A stretch of 53,955 bases of DNA, counting the filler, from an uncultured Acidimicrobiales bacterium (GTDB lineage Bacteria > Actinomycetota > Acidimicrobiia > Acidimicrobiales > UBA10347), in the NCBI GenBank assembly GCA_943788915.1. It is 3 parts of 3 records of this genome, joined end to end, with 100 filler letters (N's around TTAATTAATTAA, not from the genome) between each part and the next. Parts side by side here need not be neighbours in the genome. Positions count along the whole stretch, not along the records: positions 38,808 to 53,955 come from CALSSD010000018.1; 2 more parts are not named here. The stretch is one strand, 5' to 3'. Within the stretch, counting starts at the first letter, position 1; each line of letters starts with the position of its first letter. A program made the translations under genes and the position numbers. The notes under the pieces are model-generated. The model worked only from the letters and a program-made list of their open reading frames with translations. It was not told the DNA's origin and made no database searches. Shown in pieces: positions 38,808 through 49,183 of the stretch.

Positions 38808-40606
38808 AGCAACAGGTCGGCAAGCTCGACGACCTGCAGTCTGTAAGCGCATTCCTCGACGACAACGGCACCTCGGTTACGGTCTTCGATCCGTACGGCA
38901 TGGAGGAAGTCTTCATTCCCGACGGCCAAGAAGCGTTTCAGGTCGTCCCACCGGTCATCGATATCATCGAAGCGAACCTGGACGCTGGCGCCGACGCTTT
39001 CGCTGGGCTCGATCCATCGGTCTTCGAACAGGGCGACAAGGGCTACGGCTTCATGGTCGACCTGTTCGCTGCCGAGTGGACTCGCAACGATCACGTATGG
39101 GACGGCCGCGACTGGTTCTACACCATCGGCATCATCGCTGGCCTGTCGCTCTTCGTGCTGGCGCTGTATGAAATGCACTTCAAACGCAGCGACACCCAGA
39201 ACCCAACCGGTCTTCCGATATTCGGAGGTGGCGTCGCTCTGGCCACAGTCGGCGTCTGGCGCCTGCATGCAACCGACTCTGTCGCCGGCAACTGGATAGG
39301 TGCCCTCGTCATCCTGGCTGGCATGTTCGTCAGCTTCGTCGGATGGGGTATGTGGCGCTACCGCCGACGAGCATCCACCGAACAGTCCATGGACGCAATG
39401 GCCTCTGAAGTCGGCGATGCCGAATCCAAGACAGGTGTCATTATTGCCGTAGGCCTCGGGATAGCCGCATTTGTAGGCGCAATCGTGGTCTCGTTATGGC
39501 TTGATGCTGGCGACAGCAACAAGTTCGCGGAGAAACTCGGTATCTCCGGCGTTGGTCTCCCCGCAGTATCGCTGGTGATCGGCATTGGTGTTGCGACGCT
39601 GACTCGAGGCAAGGACTTCACTGCCGGAGGTTTGGGCTGGTTCACCAGCAAGGGCTGGCGAACCTTCCTGCCCAGCATCATCATCGGGTTCGTGGTCACC
39701 ATGTTGTTCTTCGACCTCACCACCCAGCAAGGTGCCCGAGCGATCTTCTTCGTCAGCCTGAGCAGCCTCGCTGCCGTCGGCCTGATGACGGGGGTCCGAC
39801 GAGCACGGAAACACTCACAGCCACTGGGTTCGGCACTCCTGATTGCAACGGCCGCATCTGTTGCCGTCATGGCATTTTTTGTGCAATCAGAGTCGGGAAG
39901 CCCGAAGTTTCGTACCCAGGCATTCACGCTCATGCTGGTGATTGCAGCCCTCATGGCGATCTGGGCGGCTGCCTCACTTCTCTTCGAGGCCCGTTCGGCT
40001 CCTGACCATGGGGCAGACCGTTTCGGCGTGATGATGGCGCTGGTTGGATCTGCAGCGATTGTCGTCGGTATTGCATCCCGACTGTTGTTCGTGACGACAG
40101 CCGAGCTAGAAGCCGAGATCCCGCAGGCCAAGTTCAGCGTTCGAATCTTGTGGTTCTTCCTGTTTACCGCCGTGTGTAGTTGGGTCCTGGCTCGTACGAA
40201 GTTCGGCAGTTGGACCTTCGCCGTCGGCGGCAACAAACAAGCGGCCCGCCAAGTAGGCGTTCCTGCAGCCCGCACCAAGACGCAACTGTTCATGCTGGTG
40301 TCGTTCGCTGCATGGCTTGTGGGCCTGTTACTGGCGTTTCGCCTCAACAACATTCAAGCCAGCACCGGCGACGGTGAAGAATTTGAATACATCATCGCCG
40401 CAGTGGTGGGCGGCACCTTGCTCACCGGTGGTTACGGATCGACGATCGGCGCAGCGATTGGTGCATTCATCATGGCCATGTCGGTCCAAGGCATACCATC
40501 TGCGAGATGGAACTCGGACTGGCGGTTTGTCTTCGTAGGCGCAATCCTGCTGTTGTCGGTCGTCGCCAATAACTTCATCCGCACGAAGGCCGAGGCAGCA
40601 CGATGA
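38808..40606 (+). CDS. Sugar (probably inositol) ABC transporter permease, unusually long; 5' end lost in the gap
   Basis: The frame is open from the contig start. The C-terminus has the RbsC-type L.RTKFG.W.FAVGGN..AAR.VGV and G.G.E...[15 protein letters not shown] motifs. Confidence 0.85.
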
Positions 40607-41409
40607 GCTCTACCACTCCGCTCCTTGAGCTCGACGGCATCGGCAAGTTCTACGGCAATATCATTGCCCTTCAAGATGTATCCACCGCTGTCTCCGCAGG
40701 CAAAGTCACCTGTGTGCTTGGCGACAACGGTGCCGGTAAGTCGACCTTCATCAAGATTCTTGCCGGCGTGCATCAACACGACGCGGGGCGATTTTTGCTC
40801 GAGGGCAATGAAGTCCGTTTCGACTCACCTCGCGAAGCCCTCGATAGTGGCATCGCTGCCGTGTACCAGGACCTGGCAATGGTCCCGCTCATGTCGGTAT
40901 GGCGCAACTTCTTCCTCGGGACCGAGCCCACGAAGGGCATCGGTCCGTTCAAGTGGATCGACACCAAGAAGGCAAAGCGCATTGCCAAAGAAGAGATGGC
41001 CAAGATGGGCATCGACATCCGCGACACTGAGCAGCCGGTAGGCACGCTGTCGGGTGGCGAGCGGCAATCCGTCGCCATCGCTCGAGCCGTGTACTTCGGT
41101 GCCAAGGTACTGATTCTCGACGAGCCGACGTCTGCTCTAGGCGTGAAACAGTCAGGCGTCGTGCTCAAGTACATCGTCGAAGCTGCCAAGCGCGGCCTGG
41201 GCGTCATCTTCATCACCCACAACCCGAATCATGCGTACCCCGTCGGGGACCGTTTTCTTATTCTGAACCGGGGTCAGTCGATGGGCTCCTTCCAGAAGGA
41301 TGAGATCACGGTCACCGAACTTACCCAGCTCATGGCAGGTGGCGCAGAACTCGAACAGCTCCAGAAAGACCTCGAAGACGCTATTGCCAGCAAAGGCGTG
41401 GAGGACTAA
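40603..41409 (+). CDS. Sugar ABC transporter ATP-binding protein (single NBD)
   Basis: [30 protein letters not shown] and ILDEPT.ALG motifs. Confidence 0.93.
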   Translation: MSSTTPLLELDGIGKFYGNIIALQDVSTAVSAGKVTCVLGDNGAGKSTFIKILAGVHQHDAGRFLLEGNEVRFDSPREALDSGIAAVYQDLAMVPLMSVWRNFFLGTEPTKGIGPFKWIDTKKAKRIAKEEMAKMGIDIRDTEQPVGTLSGGERQSVAIARAVYFGAKVLILDEPTSALGVKQSGVVLKYIVEAAKRGLGVIFITHNPNHAYPVGDRFLILNRGQSMGSFQKDEITVTELTQLMAGGAELEQLQKDLEDAIASKGVED

Positions 41410-41413
41410 GGGG

Positions 41414-42391
41414 ATGGCTGCCCAAGACGTTGGAGACATCGATCTGTTGGCCATCGGCCGGGTCAGTGCTGATCTCTATGCCGAGCAGATCAACGAACCA
41501 ATGCGTAACGTCACCAGCTTCAAGAAATCAATCGGTGGGACGGCTACCAATGTCGCTGTTGCTGCGGCTCGGCTCGGCGTGTCCGCTGCGTTGGGTTCTC
41601 GGGTGGGCGATGATCAGTTCGGCGACTATGTACGCCACGCACTGACCCACACGTTCAACGTCGACTCTCGTTACGTGGGGATCGACGCTGATCTACAAAC
41701 GCCGCTTGCCTTCGCGGAGATGGATCCGCCCGAGGATCCGTCGATCATCTTTTATCGGGAGCCGCGTGCTCCTGATCTGAACATCGATCCCGCCGACTTC
41801 GATGCGGACATCATCGAAAACGTGCCGATCCTCTGGTTCCCTGCGTCGCGGTTTAGCGATGAACGGGCCGGGAACGCCGTGAGCCAGTTACTGGCTATTC
41901 GAAAGCGGAAATCCCACACCGTTCTGGACCTCGACTGGCGTCCAATGTTCTGGGATTCTCCCGCCGACGCGACCAAAGCAATCGCACCCATGCTCGAGCA
42001 CTTCACCATTGCGATTGGAAACCGCGATGAATGCGAGATAGCGGTCGGTACCCGGGATCCAAACGAAGCGGCCGACCGCATGCTCGAACTTGGACTTGAA
42101 ATGGCGGTCGTCAAGCTGGGCGGCGATGGTGTGATGATCGCCACCGCCGACGGACAACGGGTCACTGCTGCGCCCTACTTGGTCGACGTCGTGTCCGGAC
42201 TTGGTTCGGGCGATGCCTTTGGTGGCGCGTTCTGCCATGGGCTGCTCGAAGGCTGGTCGCCCGAACGCATCATCAAATATGGCAATGCTGCTGGCGCTAT
42301 TGTCGCTGGCCGTCTGATGTGTGCCGACGACATGCCGACGCTTGATGAGATCGAAACCCTGCTGCGTGAACGTGGCGAATCGTTCGCCTGA
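41414..42391 (+). CDS. iolC: 5-dehydro-2-deoxygluconokinase (PfkB family)
   Basis: D...IGR...DLY, F.K.IGG...NVAVAAARLG, LDLDWRP.FW and GLG.GDAFGG motifs; iol context. Confidence 0.9.
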   Translation: MAAQDVGDIDLLAIGRVSADLYAEQINEPMRNVTSFKKSIGGTATNVAVAAARLGVSAALGSRVGDDQFGDYVRHALTHTFNVDSRYVGIDADLQTPLAFAEMDPPEDPSIIFYREPRAPDLNIDPADFDADIIENVPILWFPASRFSDERAGNAVSQLLAIRKRKSHTVLDLDWRPMFWDSPADATKAIAPMLEHFTIAIGNRDECEIAVGTRDPNEAADRMLELGLEMAVVKLGGDGVMIATADGQRVTAAPYLVDVVSGLGSGDAFGGAFCHGLLEGWSPERIIKYGNAAGAIVAGRLMCADDMPTLDEIETLLRERGESFA

Positions 42392-42439
42392 ACAGCGCAA
42401 CCCAATTCCCCCTTCGAAGAAGAAAAGTGAAGAACTGTT

Positions 42440-43615
42440 ATGAGTAACCCTCGCCTTGGTGTTGCTGTGATTGGCTTCGGCTGGATGGGCCAGGCCCACA
42501 GCCGAAGTTATGCACGCATCCCCAGCCTGTTTCCCGACCGTACCTTCGAGCCTGAACTAGTCGTATGTGCAGACAATATGCCCGAGCGCGGCGAAGAGGC
42601 CGTACGTTCCTTTGGCTTCAAAGAATCGACGACTGACTGGCGCGAAGCGGTTGCCCGCGACGACGTCGATGTGGTCACCGTATGTTCGCCAAACATGTTG
42701 CACGTCGACATGTGTGTGGCCGCAGCCGAAGCTGGCAAGGCGATCTTCTGCGAAAAGCCGGTCGGGGGCACGCCCGAACAAACCGCAATCATCGAAGCCG
42801 CTGCTCGCGAAGCCGGCGTGATCACCGGTGTTGGTTACAACTATCGATGGGCGCCGCTGGTTCGGTACGCCAAACAACTTATCGACGATGGCAGGCTGGG
42901 CGAGATCACCAACTACCGGGGCCGGTTCTTTTCCATGTACGGCAGTGACCCACTGGGCTTGTTGTCGTGGCGGTTCGAACACGATGGCGCCGGCTACGGC
43001 GTAAGCACCGACATATTGAGCCATGCAGTGGACATGGCCCACATGTTGGTTGGACCCATCGACCGGATCACGGGCACAAAACGCACCTTCATCACCGAAC
43101 GTCCGCTGCCGAAACCGGGCGGCACCCACTACGACCGTGGTGCACCAGGCGACCCCACCGGGCCGGTCACGAACGAGGACTATGCCGCCTGTTTCGCAGA
43201 GTTCTCGAATGGTGCGGTTGGCACGTTCGAAGCATCTCGCAATATCGTGGGGCCGCAAAGCCAGATGGCCTTCGAAGTCCACGGCACCAAGGGTGCACTC
43301 AGCTGGAACCTCGAGACCATGAACGAGATGAAGCTGTTCCTCGTCGACGAAGAGTTCCACGACGGCTATCAAACTGTCTACTCCGGAGAGCGGTACCCGT
43401 TCCATGGCAACTTCGTTCCTGGCGATGCCAACGCGATCAGCTACGAAGACCTCAAGGTCATCGAGGGTCACGAGTTCTTAATGGCTGTGGCCTCTGGTGT
43501 GCAGCACGAGCCCGGTTTCAACGAAGCGATCGATTATGTGAGCGTGCAGTCCGCACTGGTGAAGTCCTGGGATTCTGGTTCTTGGGAAGACGTCAGCTCC
43601 ATCAGGAAGGGCTAG
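42440..43615 (+). CDS. Gfo/Idh/MocA family oxidoreductase (inositol/sugar dehydrogenase)
   Basis: IGFGWMG..H, AGK..FCEKP, GYNYR, G...D..SH..D and NED motifs. Confidence 0.9.
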   Translation: MSNPRLGVAVIGFGWMGQAHSRSYARIPSLFPDRTFEPELVVCADNMPERGEEAVRSFGFKESTTDWREAVARDDVDVVTVCSPNMLHVDMCVAAAEAGKAIFCEKPVGGTPEQTAIIEAAAREAGVITGVGYNYRWAPLVRYAKQLIDDGRLGEITNYRGRFFSMYGSDPLGLLSWRFEHDGAGYGVSTDILSHAVDMAHMLVGPIDRITGTKRTFITERPLPKPGGTHYDRGAPGDPTGPVTNEDYAACFAEFSNGAVGTFEASRNIVGPQSQMAFEVHGTKGALSWNLETMNEMKLFLVDEEFHDGYQTVYSGERYPFHGNFVPGDANAISYEDLKVIEGHEFLMAVASGVQHEPGFNEAIDYVSVQSALVKSWDSGSWEDVSSIRKG

Positions 43616-43622
43616 GTCCGTT

Positions 43623-45479
43623 ATGGAAACCATTCGGCTGACCACCGCCAAGGCCATTGTCAACTACCTGATTGCACAGAAGAGTGTCCAAGTCGATGGC
43701 AGCATCGCTCCACTGTTCGGCGGCGTCTACGGCATCTTCGGTCACGGCAATGTGACCGCGCTCGGTCATGCGTTGGAGCAGGCCAAAACCGAGCTGCCCA
43801 CCTACCGCGGCCAAAACGAACAGGGCATGGCACTGGCTGGTGTTGCGTACGCGAAGGCCAAACGCCGTCGTCAAATCATGGTCGCGACCTCTTCAGTAGG
43901 GCCTGGTGCCACCAACATGGTGACGGCTGCTGGCGTCGCCCATAGCAATCGGTTGCCGTTGCTACTGATCTCGGGCGACTCGTTCACGAGCCGACTGCCT
44001 GACCCGGTGCTCCAACAAGTGGAACACTTCGGTGACCCGACCATGACGGTGAACGACAGCTTCCGAGCGGTGACTCGTTACTGGGATCGCATCACCAAAC
44101 CCGAGCAGCTCACCACATCGCTGCCACACGCAGTGCAAACCATGATCGACCCAGCTGATTGTGGTCCAGCCTTTATCGGCCTGCCACAAGATGTAGGCGC
44201 CGAGGCGTGGGACTTCCCGGTCGCCTTCTTCGAAGAGCGCATCCACGACATTGCTCGGCCACGAGCCGATGAGCGCCAGCTACGCGAGGCCGCGGCAATG
44301 CTCACAGCTGCCGAGAAACCACTCATAATCTGCGGTGGCGGCGTGCACTATTCACTCGCCGAACAGCAACTCGCTGACTTCGCAACAGCGCACAACATCC
44401 CTGTTGTCGAGACTGTCGCTGGCAAGGCCAGCATGCGATGGGACCACCCCATGTATGGCGGTGCGATCGGCGTCACCGGCGGCGAATCAGCCAATGCATT
44501 AGCTGGCGAAGCCGACGTTGTGGTCGCACTCGGCACTCGATTGCTCGACTTCACGACCGGGTCGTGGACCATCTTCCAGAACCCCAGCGTGAAGATGATC
44601 GGCATTAATACCGCTCGTTTCGACGCAACCAAACACCACTCACATGCGGTGGTAGGTGATGCCCGCGAGACACTGGTCGAGCTTTCATCGACGCTCGGCA
44701 ACTACCGAGCCAGCGATGCATGGTCAACGACCGCAGCTACCGAGGTCGCCAAATCCAACGCCTACATTGACAAACTCGCAGCAGCCACGTCGACCAGCGA
44801 AACCGGTCTACCGACGTACGCCCAAGTAGTAGGCGCCATCGACCGCAAGGCCGACGAGCACACCTTCGCACTCGCCGCTGCTGGTGGATTTCCTGGCGAA
44901 GTTAACAACGGCTGGCGAACCAAACACCTGAACAGCTTCGACTGCGAATACGGCTTCTCGTGTATGGGTTACGAGGTCAGCGGAGGCTGGGGCGCAGCTA
45001 TGGCTCTACCCGACAAGGACGTCGTGGTCTTCGTGGGCGACGGCTCATACCTGATGCTGAACAGCGATATCTACAGCTCAGTCATTCACGGCCACAAGAT
45101 GATCGTGATCGTGTGTGACAACGGCGGTTTCGCCGTGATCAACCGGCTCCAGATCAACACCGGGGGAGTGCCGTACAACAATTTGATCAAGGACAATCCT
45201 ACGGTAGTCAATCCAGCGGCGGTCGACTTCGCAGCCCACGCAGCGGCAATGGGTGCGCTGTCAGAGTCTGTCGCCAGTGTTGACGAACTCGAAGCAGCAT
45301 ATGACCGGGCCAAGGCGGCAGATCGCACGACCGTGATCTCGCTGGTGACCGACGCCTACAGCTGGACCGAAGGTGGTTCGTTCTGGCAGGTCGGTATCCC
45401 CGAGGTCAGTGATCTGCAAGGCGTCCGCGATGCGAAAGCCGAATGGGACGAAGGATTGAACGACCAGAGGATTGGCTGA
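43623..45479 (+). CDS. iolD: 3D-(3,5/4)-trihydroxycyclohexane-1,2-dione acylhydrolase (ThDP-dependent)
   Basis: IRLT.A.A...YL..Q, IFGHGNV, NEQGMA, GPGATNMVT, PDPVLQQVE, EYGFSCMGYE and GDGSYLM.NS motifs. Confidence 0.96.
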   Translation: METIRLTTAKAIVNYLIAQKSVQVDGSIAPLFGGVYGIFGHGNVTALGHALEQAKTELPTYRGQNEQGMALAGVAYAKAKRRRQIMVATSSVGPGATNMVTAAGVAHSNRLPLLLISGDSFTSRLPDPVLQQVEHFGDPTMTVNDSFRAVTRYWDRITKPEQLTTSLPHAVQTMIDPADCGPAFIGLPQDVGAEAWDFPVAFFEERIHDIARPRADERQLREAAAMLTAAEKPLIICGGGVHYSLAEQQLADFATAHNIPVVETVAGKASMRWDHPMYGGAIGVTGGESANALAGEADVVVALGTRLLDFTTGSWTIFQNPSVKMIGINTARFDATKHHSHAVVGDARETLVELSSTLGNYRASDAWSTTAATEVAKSNAYIDKLAAATSTSETGLPTYAQVVGAIDRKADEHTFALAAAGGFPGEVNNGWRTKHLNSFDCEYGFSCMGYEVSGGWGAAMALPDKDVVVFVGDGSYLMLNSDIYSSVIHGHKMIVIVCDNGGFAVINRLQINTGGVPYNNLIKDNPTVVNPAAVDFAAHAAAMGALSESVASVDELEAAYDRAKAADRTTVISLVTDAYSWTEGGSFWQVGIPEVSDLQGVRDAKAEWDEGLNDQRIG

Positions 45480-46504
45480 TGAGTAACCCAGTGAACCGAC
45501 CAGTAAAGATCGTCGTGCTCGGCACCGGCCGTATCGGCAAGATGCATGCCGAGATGTTGGCACGGCAGGTCAACGAGACCGAACTTGTAGGCGTCTTTGA
45601 TGTCTTTGCCGACAGCGCTCTTGCCGTGGCTGCGGATCTGGGCGTGCCCGCCTTCGCCTCACTCGAAGCCGCACTCGCAGCGGATGCCGACGCAGTGTGC
45701 ATTGCCACCAGCACCGACACCCACGTAGAGGTCATGAAGGCAGCCGCCGCTGCGGGCAAACACATCTTCTGTGAGAAGCCTATTTCGCTCGACGTAGTCA
45801 TGGTCGACGACGGCCTCGCTGCCGTCGAAGCCGCTGGTGTCATGTTGCAGATTGGTTTCAACCGGCGTTTCGACCCGAGCCACAAGGCTGTGGCCGATGC
45901 AGTTATCGCTGGTCAGGTGGGGTCACCGCATCTGGTGAAGATCACCAGCCGTGATCCTGCACCTCCACCGATCAGCTACATCGAGGTGTCTGGCGGCATC
46001 TTCAACGACATGACCATTCACGACTTCGATATGGCCCGGTATGTGAGCCAGAGCGATGTCGTCGAGGTGTATGCCACCGGCGCGGTGCTCGTTGACCCTG
46101 CGATTGGCGCAGCTGGCGATATCGACACCGCAGCGATAACACTTACCCACGCCAACGGCGCCATCACCCAGATCGACAACAGTCGTCAAGCCGTCTACGG
46201 CTATGACCAGCGAGTGGAAGTCTTTGGCTCCGGCGGCATGGTCGCAAGCGAGAACCCTGGCGTCACCACCACGATTCTTCGGACCGCAACCGGATCAGCT
46301 GGGTCGGTCGTACCTCATTTCTTCATCGAACGATATGCCCAGAGTTATCTGGACCAGTGGCGCGCCTTCGCCGGAGCCGTGCAGTCCGGTGGTCCCAGTC
46401 CCGTAAGTGGCGCCGATGGGCGCGCGCCACTTGTTATTGGCATGGCGGCGGCTCGTTCGCTCGCCGAAAATCGCCCCGTCCGCATCGACGAAATCGACTC
46501 CTAA
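45479..46504 (+). CDS. iolG: myo-inositol 2-dehydrogenase
   Basis: G.GRIG..HA, CEKPI, QIGFNRRFDP, ITSRDP.PPP..Y...SGG.F.DMTIHDFDMAR and NSR.A.YGYDQR.EV motifs. Confidence 0.93.
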   Translation: MSNPVNRPVKIVVLGTGRIGKMHAEMLARQVNETELVGVFDVFADSALAVAADLGVPAFASLEAALAADADAVCIATSTDTHVEVMKAAAAAGKHIFCEKPISLDVVMVDDGLAAVEAAGVMLQIGFNRRFDPSHKAVADAVIAGQVGSPHLVKITSRDPAPPPISYIEVSGGIFNDMTIHDFDMARYVSQSDVVEVYATGAVLVDPAIGAAGDIDTAAITLTHANGAITQIDNSRQAVYGYDQRVEVFGSGGMVASENPGVTTTILRTATGSAGSVVPHFFIERYAQSYLDQWRAFAGAVQSGGPSPVSGADGRAPLVIGMAAARSLAENRPVRIDEIDS

Positions 46505-46512
46505 GGAGACCC

Positions 46513-47357
46513 ATGGAACAAGAACATGTGTACACGCCGGCCGGTGGGACTGGTGTGCAGTTCGACATCAACCCCAGCAACGCCGGGTGGAAATACCTGA
46601 GTTTCGCGATCGTCAAACTTGGCCCAGGCGAGTCCCACCAGTCGCTGCTCGACGACCAGGAGACAGCCATCGTCCCGCTCTCTGGCAAGGGCACTGTCAA
46701 GGCGGGCGCCGTGAGCTACACGATCAGCCGCGAGAGCGTCTTCACCCAGATGCCCGAGGTCGTGTATGCGCCGCCTCGTGTGCCACTCGAGATCACCAGT
46801 GACGAAGGGTTTGAGTTCTCGATTGGCAGCGCCCCGCAAAGGGCATCTACCCGGTGCGGCTGTTCACGCCCAATGAGATGAAGACCGAGCAACGTGGCGG
46901 GGGAGCGGCGTATCGCCAAATCAGCCACGTACTCGCACCGCCGATTCCTGCCGAGCGACTGATCCTGTACGAAGTGTATGTACCCCGCGGTACCTGGTCA
47001 GGTTGGGCACCTCATTGTCATGACGGCTTCGACGGCTCGCCGTATCTCGAAGAGACCTACTACTTCCGCATGGACCCCGCCGAAGGATTTGCCATGCATC
47101 GTAACTGGCGCACGGACGAGGACTTCGACGAGACCCTGGTGGTGAATGATGGCGAATGTGCGATCGTGACCAAGGGATACCACTCGTCCGTCGCGTGCCC
47201 CAGCAGCAACATGTACTTCCTCAACTATCTGGCCGGCGACCTGTACGACCAGGACCGCACAACACCGCCGTGTTTCCACGAAGACCACCTGTGGATCGAC
47301 GAAGCCTGGGCCGACAACGACCGTGGTGCCTGGCAGCTTCCGGTTGTCAAACCGTGA
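46513..47357 (+). CDS. iolB: 5-deoxy-glucuronate isomerase; 1-nt deletion frameshift in a C run at about 46835
   Basis: GW.YLSF..V.L, E.A.V.L.G...V and R.SVF, then after the shift RG.G...RQI, L...EV..P.G.WS...PH.HD, LEETYYFR and V.KGYH. Confidence 0.88.
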
Positions 47358-48168
47358 TTCCCGGTCTGTGTGACGACAACGGCCGCATTGGTGTTCTGGC
47401 CATCGATCACCGCGACTCGTTGCGAGCGGTCATCAACCCTGAAGCGCCCGACACCGTGGGACCGATCCGAGATCGTGGCGTTGAAGAAGCTGATCTTGGA
47501 TGAACTTGCAGGCTTGGCTACCGGTGTCATGCTGGAGCCTGAATACTCGATCCCTGAGCTTGTTGACGGTTTACCCGACGGCATCGGCTTCACCGCCGCG
47601 CTTGAGTCACAGGGGTACTCTGCTCGACCCGTCGTCGGTGCCCGTCGAGTTGCTCGAGGGCTGGAGCGTGGAACAGGCGAAAGGCTGCGGGTGCGTCGGC
47701 TGCCAAGCTGTTGGCGTACTACTCCGAGTCCGCTCCCTGACCATGCCGCCGCCCAGCGCGCCACGATCACGTCGAGTAGTCGCTGAATGTGCTCGCGGCT
47801 AGCCATTCCGCTGCTGCTTGAGCCGCTTGGTTTCCCCGGCGAACCACATGGCCCTGGCACGATCGCGGCCGTTACTGCCACCATGCCGCTCGGGGCCACC
47901 GTCATGAAGGTCGCGTGGCCCGGCGAAGACCATCTCGGGCTCGCTTGTCGACGCGTTGCAGGACCGACCGTGGGTCATGTTGTCGGGTGGCGGGCCGTTT
48001 GAGCAGTACCTCGACCAGGTCGGCCAAGCCGTTGCCCAAGGTTGTTCTGGTTTTATGGCCGGCCGTGCGGTGTGGCGCGAAGTCACCCAGGTGACCCCAG
48101 ACGAGCAGGTCGACGTGCTCCGTTCGATTGCTGCTCCACGGCTCACCCAGCTACGGGGTGTTCTCTAA
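47354..48168 (+). CDS. LacD/YihT-type class I aldolase (probable 2-deoxy-5-keto-gluconate-6-phosphate aldolase); about 7 frameshifts, probably artefactual
   Basis: Stitched frames give LAIDHR.SL, M.EPEYS, LESQGY, GWS.EQ.K..GASAAKLL.YY, EC....IPLLLEP, GA.V.KV.WP, PWVMLSGG and SGFMAGRAVW. GTGA overlap with iolB. Confidence 0.78.
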
Positions 48169-48240
48169 GACGCGCGGTCAGGCGATCGGCATTGTCAGCG
48201 CGAGCGAACGTGACTGACAGGTGCGATGACCTCCTGCCAG

Positions 48241-48426
48241 TTACGTGCGCTCAACGATAACGACGGAGTCAACCTTGCTGGTTGCTCCGAAGATCTGCGC
48301 AAGCGTGCTCTTCTTGATGTTGGGGATGATCGAGACAACCTCACCGCCAAGTTGATTCAGGAACGATTCCAACTTGGCACTATCGGTCTCCATGTTGATA
48401 TCTAAACGATGCACCTTGTAGCTCAT
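48241..48426 (-). CDS. Small hypothetical protein (61 aa)
   Basis: MSYKVHRLDIN...LESFLNQL.GEVVSIIPN...KVD..VIVER; RBS AAGGA 5 nt before ATG. Confidence 0.7.
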   Translation of the reverse strand: MSYKVHRLDINMETDSAKLESFLNQLGGEVVSIIPNIKKSTLAQIFGATSKVDSVVIVERT

Positions 48427-48526
48427 GAGATTCCTTGTTCTCTTCGTGGTTGTGGAAGCGGCCGTTTGGCCGGTCCATTGTGGCGCTCGGCTGCCAGCCC
48501 AAGTCACGGCCGTGAGGGGCCCTAGA

Positions 48527-49183
48527 TCAGGTTCGTAGCGCGGCGTTGGTTTGACGAGGCAGTTGCTTCACCACGTCATCTAGGACAGTGAGACCAATAG
48601 TCATCTTCTCAAAGAACGATGCCTTGTGGGGTATGACAGTGAACCGGGGGTGTGGCCGCCAAAGCTCGCGCAGCCGACCGTCTAGGTCGATGGCTTGTTG
48701 CTGGGACTCGGTGCGGAAACGGTTCTCACTTTCGAAGCCATGGCCACCCAACGCTGCGGTCTCGAAGAAGATAACGGCGTCGTAACGTGCGAGTTCGGTT
48801 TGATGGGTGGTACCAACCGATTCGTAGTAGTCATCGGGCCCGTCCGGCCAATAGGCGCCACCGTCCACGGTGCCTCGATCACACAGTAGGAGTCGCTCTG
48901 GGTAATTGGCTGCTTGGATATCTTCGAGGTTGCGTTGTACGTGAAAGATCGCGCACTGGGCAGAGCGTGCTGCGGTTGCCTCAGTCGGGCGCGGAAACCC
49001 GCCGGCGAACAGCATGGTTGCGGCCTCGGGAACCACGATCACCCTGTCGCCGATCTCGCGTCGAAACAGGTCGGCGGCGGTGGTCTTACCACCGCCGGGT
49101 CCACCGGTCAGCACCGTCCGGAAGGGGCCACGATGGCGTTCATCGGGGCGATGGCTTTGGTCGGTTTGGCCGAGGCTAGTCAT
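48527..49183 (-). CDS. AAA_28 / NadR-Ttd14-like P-loop ATPase or kinase
   Basis: VLTGGPGGGKTT, VPEAAT.L..GGF, LCDRG.VDG.AY and RYD.VI motifs. ATGA overlap with the USP gene. Confidence 0.85.
   Translation of the reverse strand: MTSLGQTDQSHRPDERHRGPFRTVLTGGPGGGKTTAADLFRREIGDRVIVVPEAATMLFAGGFPRPTEATAARSAQCAIFHVQRNLEDIQAANYPERLLLCDRGTVDGGAYWPDGPDDYYESVGTTHQTELARYDAVIFFETAALGGHGFESENRFRTESQQQAIDLDGRLRELWRPHPRFTVIPHKASFFEKMTIGLTVLDDVVKQLPRQTNAALRT

Noticed and set aside
39358..43471. Long antisense ORFs (39358-40353, 42557-43471, and similar ones such as 32069-32812 and 12699-13337)
   Set aside because: Shadow ORFs opposite well-supported genes, as expected in high-GC DNA. They carry no protein motifs
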